64,000 nucleotides of DNA from an uncultured Candidatus Saccharibacteria bacterium (GCA_964589445.1 CAZPQX010000002.1:352-64351); one strand, 5' to 3'; positions 1-9,493 are shown, counted from the stretch's first letter. Notes: generated by a model from the letters alone, not told the origin. Made by a program: numbers and translations.

Positions 1-117
1 ATGAGAAGCGGATTGAAACACTATATTGGTGCAACAGCAGCCTCTCCCCGTTAGGTTCTCTTGAAGAAATTCAGGAACTGCACCAGCTTGTTGCTGGATG
101 AGAGCCACTTTATTTTA

Positions 118-170
118 GCTCGCCGTGTGTTATCGGGAACTCCCGATCGTACTCGGCGGGTTTTCGTTTT
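118..170 (+). terminator. Rho-independent terminator after the partial upstream ORF
   Basis: Nested GC hairpin (cgccg...atcggg aact cccgat...cggcgg) followed by tttcgtttt. Confidence 0.5.
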
Positions 171-221
171 ATGTTATATTAAGCTCATAATGATAAATTG
201 TTGATTTGGGTTATTTAATTT

Positions 222-947
222 ATGCAAACAGAAATAAAGATAAAAACGGCGGATAAGAAAACCATTTATGGGACTTTTGTACCTGGTGACAAAAAGGCAG
301 AAAAATTGGTGGTTTTTGTACATGGATTTACTGGAAATCAAAATGAGCACATTTTTTTCAACGGAGCCAAATTTTTCTCATCGAACGGTTTTGATACTTT
401 TAGATTCAATCTTTATGCAGGAGGAAAGGGGAGTAGAAACTTCCGTGATACAAAGATAAGTTTGCACGGGCAAGACATAAGTACTGTAGTTAAATACTTC
501 AGGAAAAAATATCAAAAAATATTTGTGGTCGGGCACAGCTATGGGGGCACCTCACTCCTTTTCACTGACCAAAGTTTGGTTGACGGTTTTGTATTTTGGG
601 ACGCTTCTTATATCACCTCTAAAGATGCAAGTGCTCAAATGAAATACAATAAAGTTTTAGATGAATATATTCTGGATTGGGGGATAGAGATAATAGTTGG
701 TAAAAGCTTTGTGGAAGAGCTAAAGAACTTTCCTGATTGTGGAAAATTAATTAAACAAATCAACAAGCCTGTTTTGTTCATCTCGGCTGGAGAAAAAGGT
801 AATGCAAAACCAGGGGAAAAATATTTCAAACAGGCCAATAATCCTAAAAAACTGGTAAACCTAAAAACGGCAACTCACTGCTTTGATGATTTTAAAGACG
901 AGGAGAAATTGTTTGAAGAAACTTTCTCGTTTCTCAGAGACTTGTAA
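222..947 (+). CDS. alpha/beta hydrolase (dienelactone-hydrolase-like serine hydrolase)
   Basis: 241-aa ORF. GHSYGG nucleophile elbow (GxSxG), HGFTGN oxyanion region, C-terminal His. Confidence 0.6.
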   Translation: MQTEIKIKTADKKTIYGTFVPGDKKAEKLVVFVHGFTGNQNEHIFFNGAKFFSSNGFDTFRFNLYAGGKGSRNFRDTKISLHGQDISTVVKYFRKKYQKIFVVGHSYGGTSLLFTDQSLVDGFVFWDASYITSKDASAQMKYNKVLDEYILDWGIEIIVGKSFVEELKNFPDCGKLIKQINKPVLFISAGEKGNAKPGEKYFKQANNPKKLVNLKTATHCFDDFKDEEKLFEETFSFLRDL

Positions 948-986
948 TTTTTTCTAAGTGGTGTAGATTGTTTGCGGAGGTTAGCC

Positions 987-1178
987 GTGGGCAACTTTTT
1001 CTTTGTGGCTGGAGTTGTGTTTATCGTTTTGGCTGTGGTAGAGGCAGTACTCCATCCATTTAAAGCCGCAGTCATGTTGATGGAGGCGAAAGCCCGATAC
1101 TGGCAGGCGCGGGCTGCTTTAGAAGAACACCGGCTCTACTGCTTGGAAAAAGATTTACAGAAAGGAGGTGGGGCGTAA
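987..1178 (+). CDS. small GC-rich membrane protein (hypothetical)
   Basis: GTG start preceded by GGAGG SD (977-981). One hydrophobic helix then an amphipathic tail. GC-rich relative to surroundings. Followed by a terminator. Confidence 0.4.
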   Translation: MGNFFFVAGVVFIVLAVVEAVLHPFKAAVMLMEAKARYWQARAALEEHRLYCLEKDLQKGGGA

Positions 1179-1200
1179 CAACGCCCGCCTTTTCTTTTTT
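1163..1200 (+). terminator. intrinsic terminator
   Basis: gggcg-taacaa-cgccc hairpin plus ttttcttttttg. Confidence 0.6.
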
Positions 1201-1285
1201 GTAATTTTTTGCAAAGATTATTTTTAAATTTTTATTTCATTTGTAATTTTTGCGGAAAGGAGTTAGATTTTTGGGGGAGATAAGC

Positions 1286-1438
1286 ATGAGAACCGTGCTG
1301 AAACTTGCCCTGATTTGTCTTGCCGCTTTTGCGGCAGCAAAATTTGGCTTTTGGTTTTTCAGAAGCACCGAGGCCTTTGTCTGCCTCGGAGTCATGGGTG
1401 GAGGAGCTACTCTCCTCATAACAACCCCAAACCTTTAG
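1286..1438 (+). CDS. small hydrophobic peptide (50 aa, two predicted TM segments)
   Basis: ATG with GGGGAG SD 6 nt upstream. MRTVLKLALICLAAFAAAKFGFWFF... Followed by a hairpin plus T-run at 1460-1497. Confidence 0.4.
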   Translation: MRTVLKLALICLAAFAAAKFGFWFFRSTEAFVCLGVMGGGATLLITTPNL

Positions 1439-1528
1439 TTCAAGCGGCATGTTGTACCAGAAGCCCCCGCGACTACGGCGGGCTTTTGCTTTTGCAAAGA
1501 GGGTCTTGGCTAGGTAGAATGGGTTGAA

Positions 1529-2536
1529 ATGATATCTTCTGAGGCAATCCAAAAGATTTGTTCTGAATATGGGATCGGAAATTATATTTCTCTTGATAAA
1601 ATCAATCAGGGAGTTTTGAATGATAATTATCTTTTGGAGACCTCAATGGGAAAATATTTTATCAAATCAGTCAGGGAAAAGGCCAAAGATAGAATTGATA
1701 ATATTTATAGTGTGGAATCTTTTATGAAAGAAAAAGATATTCCGGCTATTGTAATGATGAAAACAAAATCTGGAAATATTTTTTTGGAGGATGAAAATAG
1801 TGTTTATACGGTGTATCCATTTTTGGAAGCTGACACCAGTCTCAAATATTCAAAGTCCGAATATTCTACTGTGGGAGAAATGCTTGGGAAAATACATGTT
1901 GCAGGGGGTGGAGATATTACTGGGATTACGGATGTAAAAAAATTTAAAAGACAAAATGATGAAGTCATCCTAGAAAGATTGGAAGGCCACAAGGATTTTA
2001 TTGAAGGTAAAAGTAGTTTAGATGAGACTGATAAACAATTTTTGGAATACATAGATTTTAAATTAAAAATTTATCCTAAAATTAAAAAAACAGAACTGCA
2101 GAGCGATACTCTAATTCATGGAGATTATCATCGAGGCAACTTACTTTTTGATAAAAAAACTAGGGAAATTATAGGTGTCTGCGATTGGGAAAAGACCGAA
2201 TTTGCTCCTCGATCTTATGAATTGTCGCGTTCAATATTCTATTCTTGCTTGCAAGATGAAGAGAATTTTGAAGACGGACTTGATAACGCAAAATCATTTC
2301 TTAATGGATACCTCTCTGTTTATCCAATGCAAAAAAGTGAAGTAATTGATGGTATGAATATGCGCGTTCATCGCATGGCTTTGTCGGGCTGGATTGAAGA
2401 GAAGTATTATAAAAATAATGACGACAGAGCAAATAAGTTTATAAGTAAAGAAATGAGAATGCTTGATAATTTGATAAATAGGGGATTGTTAGAGCGGATA
2501 AAAGAAATATTAAATACGGAGACATCACTGAAATAA
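1529..2536 (+). CDS. aminoglycoside/choline-kinase-like phosphotransferase (APH family)
   Basis: HGDYHRGNLLFD Brenner motif and DWE downstream motif of protein-kinase-like phosphotransferases. Confidence 0.65.
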   Translation: MISSEAIQKICSEYGIGNYISLDKINQGVLNDNYLLETSMGKYFIKSVREKAKDRIDNIYSVESFMKEKDIPAIVMMKTKSGNIFLEDENSVYTVYPFLEADTSLKYSKSEYSTVGEMLGKIHVAGGGDITGITDVKKFKRQNDEVILERLEGHKDFIEGKSSLDETDKQFLEYIDFKLKIYPKIKKTELQSDTLIHGDYHRGNLLFDKKTREIIGVCDWEKTEFAPRSYELSRSIFYSCLQDEENFEDGLDNAKSFLNGYLSVYPMQKSEVIDGMNMRVHRMALSGWIEEKYYKNNDDRANKFISKEMRMLDNLINRGLLERIKEILNTETSLK

Positions 2537-2577
2537 AATTGATTGACCCAAAAGACTATAAAGAATATTTTGGATGG

Positions 2578-2972
2578 GGTGAAATAGGGGATAGGATAAT
2601 GCAGCGGGCTTTGGAGTTGAAGGAAAATTCGGGTAAATGAAAAGGCTCGGAGAAATCTGTTGATCCTCCGAGCCGAACTTTAGAAGAGTGGTACTTCCTC
2701 TTACGGATGAGGTTAATAAACCTCTGCTCTCCGTAGCTAACCAAACTCGAGTGTTTGGCCAGCCGACCTCCTCCCTCGTACCCACCATTGGGTCGTTTGG
2801 GTTTAGAGCGAGTCGTCTCCAGTGGTGAACTGCGCGCTAACGCGTATAGGGCGACGAAGAACGAACGAGCCCGTGAACGCGCCGCAGCCACCATGCACTA
2901 CCACTCTTCTGTCTATAAGTATAGCATACATGCATAAAAAGTCAAGTGTGTTGTGACTTTGTTTGCTGAAGT
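2578..2972 (+). ncRNA. candidate structured ncRNA (unclassified; RNase P RNA, tmRNA or SRP RNA not resolved)
   Basis: About 390-nt GC-rich island (about 55% GC) in an AT-rich genome, with no SD-led ORF. TTGACC-N17-TATTTT promoter puts the transcript start near GGGGUGAAAUAGGGG. Multiple perfect hairpins (ggctcggag-N13-ctccgagcc; ccaaac-tcgagt-gtttgg). A 7-bp hairpin plus T-run sits at 2938-2970. Confidence 0.35.
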
Positions 2973-3044
2973 GCCCAAAAATGGCTTCTAATATGGCTAT
3001 TTAAAAAATGTGATAAAATTACCCCACGAAAACAATAAGATAAT

Positions 3045-3380
3045 ATGTTTGAAAAATTTTTTAGACCGAAAGTTGAAAAAGAGAGAGATGAAGAGGAAAT
3101 AGAAAAGCATTTGTTTGACCTATGTTCGTGGGAGTTTTCGGAAGTGGGGGTAAATATCATAACTATGAAAAGGGCTTTTACCGTCTTGAGGGAAGAAAAC
3201 AAAAATAAAAAATACGGGTTTACCAATAATAGGCTTTTAAATATTGTAAGGGATTGTGCTTCTCTCCATGCATGGCCTATACAAAATGCAGATGGGTCGT
3301 ATGAGTATCCAGATGAAAAAATAAAAGAAGAGATAGAAAAGATTCGTCTTAGTTTGCCGGAAGAAGAAAGAGGGATTTAG
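3045..3380 (+). CDS. hypothetical protein
   Basis: 111-aa acidic ORF downstream of the ncRNA candidate. No recognisable motif. Confidence 0.4.
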   Translation: MFEKFFRPKVEKERDEEEIEKHLFDLCSWEFSEVGVNIITMKRAFTVLREENKNKKYGFTNNRLLNIVRDCASLHAWPIQNADGSYEYPDEKIKEEIEKIRLSLPEEERGI

Positions 3381-3427
3381 TCTTATCTATTGCTTTTTTT
3401 ATAAAACATGCTATAATTATAAATAGC

Positions 3428-3724
3428 ATGAACTTTCTGATACTTTGCGTGTTGTTACTCGCTCCTCTTTGGGGTGAGGATAAGAAGCCGGTGGATGTGC
3501 CGGCAAAGAAGGAGGTCGTGGCGCCTCCCAAAAAAGATCCCCGCAACGTGAGGCAGTATGACTTTGAGACATACTGCAAAATGAATTGGTATTACTTTGA
3601 TCATCCTCAAGGGATGATCAGGTATTACCCTGAAATTTTCAAAGGGGTGGCACCGGACATCGCGGCTGGGTTTGTGCAGCAGAAGATGCTGCACAACCTA
3701 GCTGTCGCAGGGTGCGAGTGGTAG
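3428..3724 (+). CDS. small secreted protein (signal peptide)
   Basis: N-terminal MNFLILCVLLLAPLWG signal. GC-rich. Strong terminator immediately downstream. Confidence 0.5.
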   Translation: MNFLILCVLLLAPLWGEDKKPVDVPAKKEVVAPPKKDPRNVRQYDFETYCKMNWYYFDHPQGMIRYYPEIFKGVAPDIAAGFVQQKMLHNLAVAGCEW

Positions 3725-3732
3725 GTGGGCGA

Positions 3733-3772
3733 TGCCCGCGAGCCGTAAGGCTCGCGGGCAGTTTCTTTTTTA
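3733..3772 (+). terminator. intrinsic terminator
   Basis: cccgcgagcc-gtaa-ggctcgcggg 10-bp stem plus tttctttttt. Confidence 0.8.
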
Positions 3773-3780
3773 TATTTTTT

Positions 3781-3818
3781 ACAAAAGACAAAGGGCGCGG
3801 GTCGGAGACTCGCGCCCT
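3781..3818 (-). terminator. intrinsic terminator for the minus-strand membrane-protein gene
   Basis: gggcgcg...cgcgccc hairpin with a T-run on the minus strand. Confidence 0.6.
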
Positions 3819-3889
3819 CTAACGGGGAGATGGTCAGAAAGGAACGACATTTATAATATTACCATACTCCCACAAACACGCAAGTATTC

Positions 3890-4234
3890 CTATTTCTTAA
3901 ACAAATCTCCTGTCTTGAGTTTGAGTATGGCGAAGAGGTAGACTATCTCCAAGATGCCGATAGAGTTTATAATAAGTAGACCTATAAACCACTTTTCGTC
4001 TGCCCTCCTTGCCGCATGCCACAGCGCCAAACCCTTCCAAAAAAGAGACCAAATCATGACAGGGAAAAGCCACGCAAACGATCCAATCCCCAAATAAGAT
4101 CCTACGTTTATCATATAAATAAAATTACTTCTTAATTTAAGTATTTTATAATACTTTTTAGATTTAAAGTAGATTGGGTAATGAGTTTGTAAAATTCTCC
4201 AACTTAGTGTATAATTGAGATTAATAGGTCCCAT
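3890..4234 (-). CDS. small integral membrane protein (hypothetical; start uncertain)
   Basis: Three hydrophobic segments. Only minus-strand gene in this block. Own terminator. Confidence 0.45.
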   Translation of the reverse strand: MGPINLNYTLSWRILQTHYPIYFKSKKYYKILKLRSNFIYMINVGSYLGIGSFAWLFPVMIWSLFWKGLALWHAARRADEKWFIGLLIINSIGILEIVYLFAILKLKTGDLFKK

Positions 4235-4330
4235 ATAGGGATTTTGTTTTAATAATTATCGATCTAACGATTTAAATAGTGGCTTTCCAAAAAAGTAATG
4301 CCATTTTTTAGTGACTGGATTTAATAAAGA

Positions 4331-6119
4331 AATGGAAATAAGAAACATAGCTATAATCGCACACGTCGACCACGGGAAAACATCTCTTACAGATGCTATT
4401 TTGAAACAAACAGGCTCTAGTGCCGAAGGATTTTCAATGGACTCAAATGCACTCGAAAAAGAGCGTGGTATTACTATTTACTCCAAAAATGCTTCTGTTT
4501 CTTATAAGGGTACCAAAATAAATATCATAGACACTCCGGGCCACGCAGACTTCGGGTCAGAAGTAGAGCGTATACTTCGCTCTATAGACTCTGTGCTTTT
4601 GGTGGTGGACGCTCAGGAGGGCCCAATGCCTCAGACTCGTTTCGTGCTCAAAAAATCTCTTGAGATCGGACACAAGCCAATTGTAATTTTGAATAAAATA
4701 GACAAGCCAGCTGCAGACCCAGAGAGGGCACACAACGATGTGTTTGAGCTTTTCTTTGAACTAGAAGCTACCGAAGAACAGCTCAACTTCGAGACTGTTT
4801 ATGCTATAGGTAAATCTGGTATTGCTATCAGGAAGCTTGAAGATGAAAAGAAAGACATGACGCCTCTCCTCGATGTGATACTTGAGAGAGTGCCACCAGC
4901 AAAAAATGACAAAGATTTGCCACTCAAGGCACAGCCTTTCAACCTTGCTTATGACAACTTCCTCGGGAGGATGGCCATCCTCAGAGTTTATGAAGGTTCA
5001 ATCAAAAATGGACAAAAAGTTTTCTTCAAGAAATCAAACGGTGAAATAAAAGAAGGTAGGATAACCAAAATCTTTAATTTTGAAGGTATAGTCAGGAAAG
5101 AAGTAGATGTAGTAGAAGCAGGGGACGTGGCTATCATCGCCGGACTTCCTGATATTTATATCGGCGACACTATCGTCGACAATCCAGAGACAGAGAGCTT
5201 GCCTGCTATCAGTGTGGACGAGCCTACTATCGCAGTCGACTTTTTGGTCAACAATTCTCCTTTTGCGGGTAGGGAAGGTAAGTTTGTGACAAGCAGACAG
5301 ATAAAAGAGAGGCTTGAAAAAGAGCTCGAGATAAATGTGGGACTAAAAGTAGATTTCAATCCTCAAGCACAAGAAGGTAGCCAAAATAATGGTGGTCAGG
5401 ACTTCGTGAAAGTATATGGTAGAGGTGAGCTTCACATTTCAATACTAGTAGAAAATATGAGAAGAGAAGGCTTCGAGCTTCAAGTTTCTCAGCCTCAGGT
5501 GATCATAAAAGAAATTGATGGGGTAAAGTGTGAACCGTTTGAAGAAGTGACTATCGACGTGCCAGAAGAAATGCAGGGTGCAGTCATAGAGAAGCTCGGC
5601 AAGAGAGCTGCAGTGATGACAGACATGAAGCACCATGGTGGACGCCTCAGACTCACCTTCATCGGTCCAACAAGAGGCTTGCTCGGATACCGCGGACAGT
5701 TCGTCGTAGACACAAAAGGTGAGGGAATATTTTCAAGCAGAGTGGTCGGGTTCAAGCCTTATGCTGGTGAAATACAAAAGAAGCAGACTGGTGCTATGGT
5801 TTCTATGGCCAAGGGCAAGGCTTTGGCTTTCGCCCTAGACAACTTACAGACAAGAGGAACTTTGTATATCGAGCCTGGGGTTGAAGTTTATGAAGGTATG
5901 GTAGTAGGCGACACAGCAAAGGGCGACGACATGACGGTCAACCCAACTAAAGGCAAACAACTTACAAACATGCGCGCAAGCGGAAGCGATGACAAAGTGT
6001 ACCTCGCACCGGCTTTCAAACTTGGTATAGAAACTGGTCTCGAGATAATGTCAGGAGACGAATATCTAGAAATAACTCCAAAAAGCGTAAGGCTCAGGAA
6101 GAAAGTTTTTGTTTCCTAA
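4331..6119 (+). CDS. typA: translational GTPase TypA/BipA
   Basis: AHVDHGKTSLTD G1, DTPGHADF G3, NKIDK G4, and the TypA-specific C-terminal domain. Confidence 0.92.
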
Positions 6120-6120
6120 T

Positions 6121-6858
6121 TTACATCAAAGCCTCGACTCCGTCCCAGAGGCCGTCACCATCGCTATCTCTTTTGTTTGGATCTGTCTTTGTGCAGTTGG
6201 CTTTATTTTTATCTAAACATTTTTCTTCAAAGTCGCTTATGCCGTCTAGGTCGGAGTCTTCGGAGCGCACCATCGCCTGGTTTTCTGCATCTTCTTTAAA
6301 TTCTTTGGTTGTAGTGATGCTGCCTTTGAACGGGCTAAATGAAAGCATCTTCCAATTTCCACTTTGGTCTTTTACGAAAAATATAATTGCTCTGAACCTG
6401 CCATAAGCTCCCATCTCTGCTGAGTTTTCGGTCCAAAAATCTGTAGAGATAATTATTTGTTTTTCGTCGTACCAAACATTTTTGAACTCTTCTTTCTTGA
6501 GTACGCTGCCGTATGAGTACGCGCTCTGCATCCTATCTTTACATTCTTGGTTGGCTACTTCCATATCGCAAACTTCTGAAATTTTGTATACAGAAGATTT
6601 GACTCCGGACAAGTCACTCGCCTTGTTGTACGAAAGGTATTTTTGGAAAAGGTCCCAGGCTAGGGTTTTTGTAGCTTCTTTTCCTGAAGTGGTGGGGGTG
6701 GTGCTTGTGCTTTGTGTATTTTGCACTATTTGCTCACTTGTTTGCTCCGAAGTGACTAAGGGAGTATCTACAGGGGCAGCCTTTTTGGAATTTATAAAAT
6801 AAACACTTCCGGCTACTAATATAAGAGCTATTAAACTGAAAATTATTTTTTTGTTCAT
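6121..6858 (-). CDS. secreted protein with C-terminal Asp-rich calcium-binding-like (DxDGDG) motif
   Basis: Signal/TM MNKKIIFSLIALILVAGS, Thr/Ser linker, C-terminal DSDGDGLWDG. Convergent with typA. Confidence 0.5.
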   Translation of the reverse strand: MNKKIIFSLIALILVAGSVYFINSKKAAPVDTPLVTSEQTSEQIVQNTQSTSTTPTTSGKEATKTLAWDLFQKYLSYNKASDLSGVKSSVYKISEVCDMEVANQECKDRMQSAYSYGSVLKKEEFKNVWYDEKQIIISTDFWTENSAEMGAYGRFRAIIFFVKDQSGNWKMLSFSPFKGSITTTKEFKEDAENQAMVRSEDSDLDGISDFEEKCLDKNKANCTKTDPNKRDSDGDGLWDGVEALM

Positions 6859-6894
6859 GCAAACAAGTATAATTAAAGTATTGCTTAAATCAAC

Positions 6895-7500
6895 ATGCAA
6901 AGTTTTAAAAAAGTTTTAAAAAAGCTAAATACTCCTGTCAAAGTGCAAAACTTTTTGGATACCCTACCTTTCAATTTTGAAAAGCAGGGAGCTACTTATC
7001 TTTCACCAAAAATGGTGCTTGAGCAAAAAACAGCACACTGCTTTGAAGGCGCTCTCTTTGCGGCTGCCTGCTTCAAGGAGGTGGGGGTAGAGCATTACCT
7101 ACTTGATTTGAAGGTGAAGGATTTGAAGAAAGATAGTGACCACTGTGTTTGTGCTTTTAAAATAAATGGATATTGGGGTGCAATCTCAAAGACCAATCAC
7201 TCTGTGCTCCGATATCGCGACCCGATTTATAAAACTCCTCGCGAGCTGGCTCTCTCATACTTCCATGAATACTTTTTGGATACAGGCCAAAAGACCCTCA
7301 TCTCTTTTTCAAAGCCTTTTGATGTGTGGAAAAAGTTTGGCGAGACTTGGGTGGAGAGTGAGGAAGACCTAGATGAGATAGCCGAAGCACTCGATACCTC
7401 TCCGCACATCAACTTCGTACCAGAAGAAAACAAAAAGATGATAAGAAAGGCGGGGAAGACAGAAATAGCTGGTGCGGCAGTGGTGGAGTGGCAAAAATAA
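6895..7500 (+). CDS. transglutaminase-like (TGc) cysteine-peptidase-fold protein (putative)
   Basis: TAHCFEGALFAAACFKEVG resembles the TGc Cys motif. Downstream His/Asp candidates. Confidence 0.35.
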   Translation: MQSFKKVLKKLNTPVKVQNFLDTLPFNFEKQGATYLSPKMVLEQKTAHCFEGALFAAACFKEVGVEHYLLDLKVKDLKKDSDHCVCAFKINGYWGAISKTNHSVLRYRDPIYKTPRELALSYFHEYFLDTGQKTLISFSKPFDVWKKFGETWVESEEDLDEIAEALDTSPHINFVPEENKKMIRKAGKTEIAGAAVVEWQK

Positions 7501-7517
7501 TCCACAGATTTCACTTG

Positions 7518-7545
7518 TTGACTTTTTTAATTTTGAGTGTAGACT
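7518..7545 (+). promoter_or_regulatory. sigma70-like promoter for the GC-rich cassette
   Basis: TTGACT-N16-TAGACT. Confidence 0.35.
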
Positions 7546-7585
7546 AAAAAACCAGTTGTTCCAAATTTCCTTTCGAGGAGTTTCT

Positions 7586-7888
7586 GTGTCCCACGTTTAT
7601 CGGAAAGAGTCCCAGAAGAAACCATTCTTCCGGGAGGTTGCGTCTGTTGGGCAGGTGCGGAATGCGCTTGTTTACAACGGTCTTCCTGTTGTTGTGGAAG
7701 ATCTGCAGGGCGTTGATGATTGTGCGCTGCGGGCAGAGATCCGGAGGCGTTTCGGGGTCGAGGATTTAGCGATCCCGATCCGGATTGTGGACATGTCTAA
7801 GGTGAAGAATGGTGGATATCTGGCGATCCATCTTGCGAGGTCCAAGGAAGATCCTCGTTCGATGAGGTTTGACATGGAGATCCACTAG
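7586..7888 (+). CDS. GC-rich small hypothetical protein (100 aa)
   Basis: GTG start with GAGGAG SD 5 nt upstream. About 55% GC against about 38% background. Protein-like composition. Strong terminator downstream. Confidence 0.45.
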   Translation: MSHVYRKESQKKPFFREVASVGQVRNALVYNGLPVVVEDLQGVDDCALRAEIRRRFGVEDLAIPIRIVDMSKVKNGGYLAIHLARSKEDPRSMRFDMEIH

Positions 7889-7917
7889 GTCTCGGAATTT
7901 TACCCTTGTTTAAGGGA

Positions 7918-7950
7918 GGCTGCACACTCGCGAGCGTGCGGCCTTTTTTG
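7918..7950 (+). terminator. intrinsic terminator
   Basis: ggctgcacactcgcgagcgtgcggcc near-perfect palindrome plus tttttt. Confidence 0.75.
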
Positions 7951-8052
7951 TTTTCTCATTTTTCATCAATTCTTCATCTTTTGACTTGACAGGTTTTTCG
8001 TGGGGGAGTACGCTGTTGGGAGTAGTAAAAATCCCACCGTGGAAACGGTTTT

Positions 8053-8265
8053 TTGGAAAGTGTGTTCAAGATGGCATTGTATCCGAGCAAGAGTCAGATT
8101 GATAAGAAGAAGCCGGCGTCGTGGGGTCTTGATAACAAGTACCCTGGCTATACGCCAGATGGTCTGGGTGGGGGTATTTTGTTGACACAGCCACCCACTC
8201 CACGGCAGCAGCCGAGGCAGATGGTGGTCGGGAGTGGGAAGGTCGTGAAGATTCCCAAAGAGTGA
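8053..8265 (+). CDS. GC-rich Pro/Gly-rich small ORF (TTG start; doubtful)
   Basis: Second GC-rich unit with TTGACA-like -35 and a terminator at 8326-8362. Weak RBS. Confidence 0.25.
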   Translation: MESVFKMALYPSKSQIDKKKPASWGLDNKYPGYTPDGLGGGILLTQPPTPRQQPRQMVVGSGKVVKIPKE

Positions 8266-8325
8266 GCCGTTTGTTTGCGGCGCTCGCTTCGGGGGGTCTA
8301 AAATTGACCGTTTGGTCGAATAAAT

Positions 8326-8362
8326 CCGGTGGGCGCGTTGTCGTCCGGGCCGGTTTTTTTTG
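8326..8362 (+). terminator. intrinsic terminator
   Basis: GC hairpin (ccggtgggcgcg...ccgggccgg) plus T8. Confidence 0.6.
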
Positions 8363-8406
8363 CCCAAAAAATTTTTGTAAACACGAGAGAGTGATATAAT
8401 TGAATC

Positions 8407-9435
8407 ATGGAATTTGACTCTCTCTTTAAATTTAAAAACTCAAAATACATTTTCATCGTTGGTATCGGTGGCTCGAACCTCGCTTCCAAGGCAGTGTGGA
8501 GCGCACTCTCTTCTCATAATCCATTTTTAAATAAAAAAGTTTTTTTTATCGAGTCTCTCTCTGAATCACAAAGGCAAGAGATCATGTACATAGCCAAGAA
8601 TGAAGTTGGTTTACCTGAAGATATTTGCATCTTTGTCATAAGTAAGTCGGGGGAGACAAGGGAGACACTCATAAGTTTTAGTGGCCTGATTTCTATTTTT
8701 AAAAATATTTTGGGTACTAATATTTTTGAAAGGGTGGTGTGCATTTCGGAAAGAGACTCGAGGCTCTTTGTTGAGTCGCAGAAAGAAGGTGCATTATGCC
8801 TACCTTGGCAGCAGCAAGTGGGCGGCAGGTGGAGTGCTTTCACTACTGCACACACAGCAGTACTCTTTGTGCTTGGGGTGGATATAAACTCGTATTTGGC
8901 GGGGGAGAGGGAAATGATAGAGGTGTGTAGAGAAAAGGGCTACCACAAAGGGCTCGCAGAAAATATTTTTGAAAATTATAAAAATGGGAAGATAGTTTTG
9001 GATTTCTTTTTGTTTGATGCGCGGCTCGAGACTTTGGGCAAGTGGCTGAGGCAGCTCTTTGCAGAAAGTTTGGGCAAGCAAGGGATAACGGGTGAGAGGG
9101 TAGGGCTTTTGCCTACAGTTTCTCTCGGCCCTACTGACCTACACTCGATGCTGCAGCTATATCTTGGCGGACCGAATAATAGGTTTACCATTTTTGTAAA
9201 AAATGAAAGCGAGCAGGGGTTTGACTATGGTGCGTGCCTCGAGACAGAAGCGGCTTATCAAAATGCGAGTCTGCCTTTTACTGACTACAAACTGTCGGGA
9301 GTAAACGAAAAGGAAATTGCTAAGTTTATGAGATTTTTTATGAATGTGGTGCTCGAGCTTGCTACTCTTTTCAAAGTCGACCCATACGGCCAACCGGAGG
9401 TAGAAAAATATAAACAGCAGATAAAAAATAAATAA
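8407..9435 (+). CDS. pgi: glucose-6-phosphate isomerase (short archaeal/CPR-type)
   Basis: IGIGGSNLASKAVW and FVISKSGETRETL PGI signatures. Confidence 0.8.
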   Translation: MEFDSLFKFKNSKYIFIVGIGGSNLASKAVWSALSSHNPFLNKKVFFIESLSESQRQEIMYIAKNEVGLPEDICIFVISKSGETRETLISFSGLISIFKNILGTNIFERVVCISERDSRLFVESQKEGALCLPWQQQVGGRWSAFTTAHTAVLFVLGVDINSYLAGEREMIEVCREKGYHKGLAENIFENYKNGKIVLDFFLFDARLETLGKWLRQLFAESLGKQGITGERVGLLPTVSLGPTDLHSMLQLYLGGPNNRFTIFVKNESEQGFDYGACLETEAAYQNASLPFTDYKLSGVNEKEIAKFMRFFMNVVLELATLFKVDPYGQPEVEKYKQQIKNK

Positions 9436-9493
9436 CTTGTAACAAAACTAAATAACAGGTAATTTATAACTAATAACAAGTAACGAGAAAATC

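Noticed and set aside
2556-2937. ORFs 2556-2894 (-) and 2755-2937 (+)
   Set aside because: Arg/Ser/Ala-rich translations of a GC-rich structured region with no RBS. Consistent with translated ncRNA rather than proteins.
2578-2972. tmRNA identity for RNA candidate A (5' GGGG, 3' GCCACCA, possible tag ORF ARRNLLILRAEL*)
   Set aside because: No 7-bp acceptor pairing between the ends. No T-loop. The tag lacks a hydrophobic Ala-Ala terminus. Left unclassified.
7586-7888. RNase P RNA-like motifs (GGGCAGG-UGC; UAAGG-UGAAGAAUGGUGG) inside the GC-rich cassette
   Set aside because: The segment has a GAGGAG SD, a GTG start and a 100-aa ORF with normal protein composition. There is no P4 complement (CR-V). 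Treated as a small protein gene, but it should be included in an Rfam scan.
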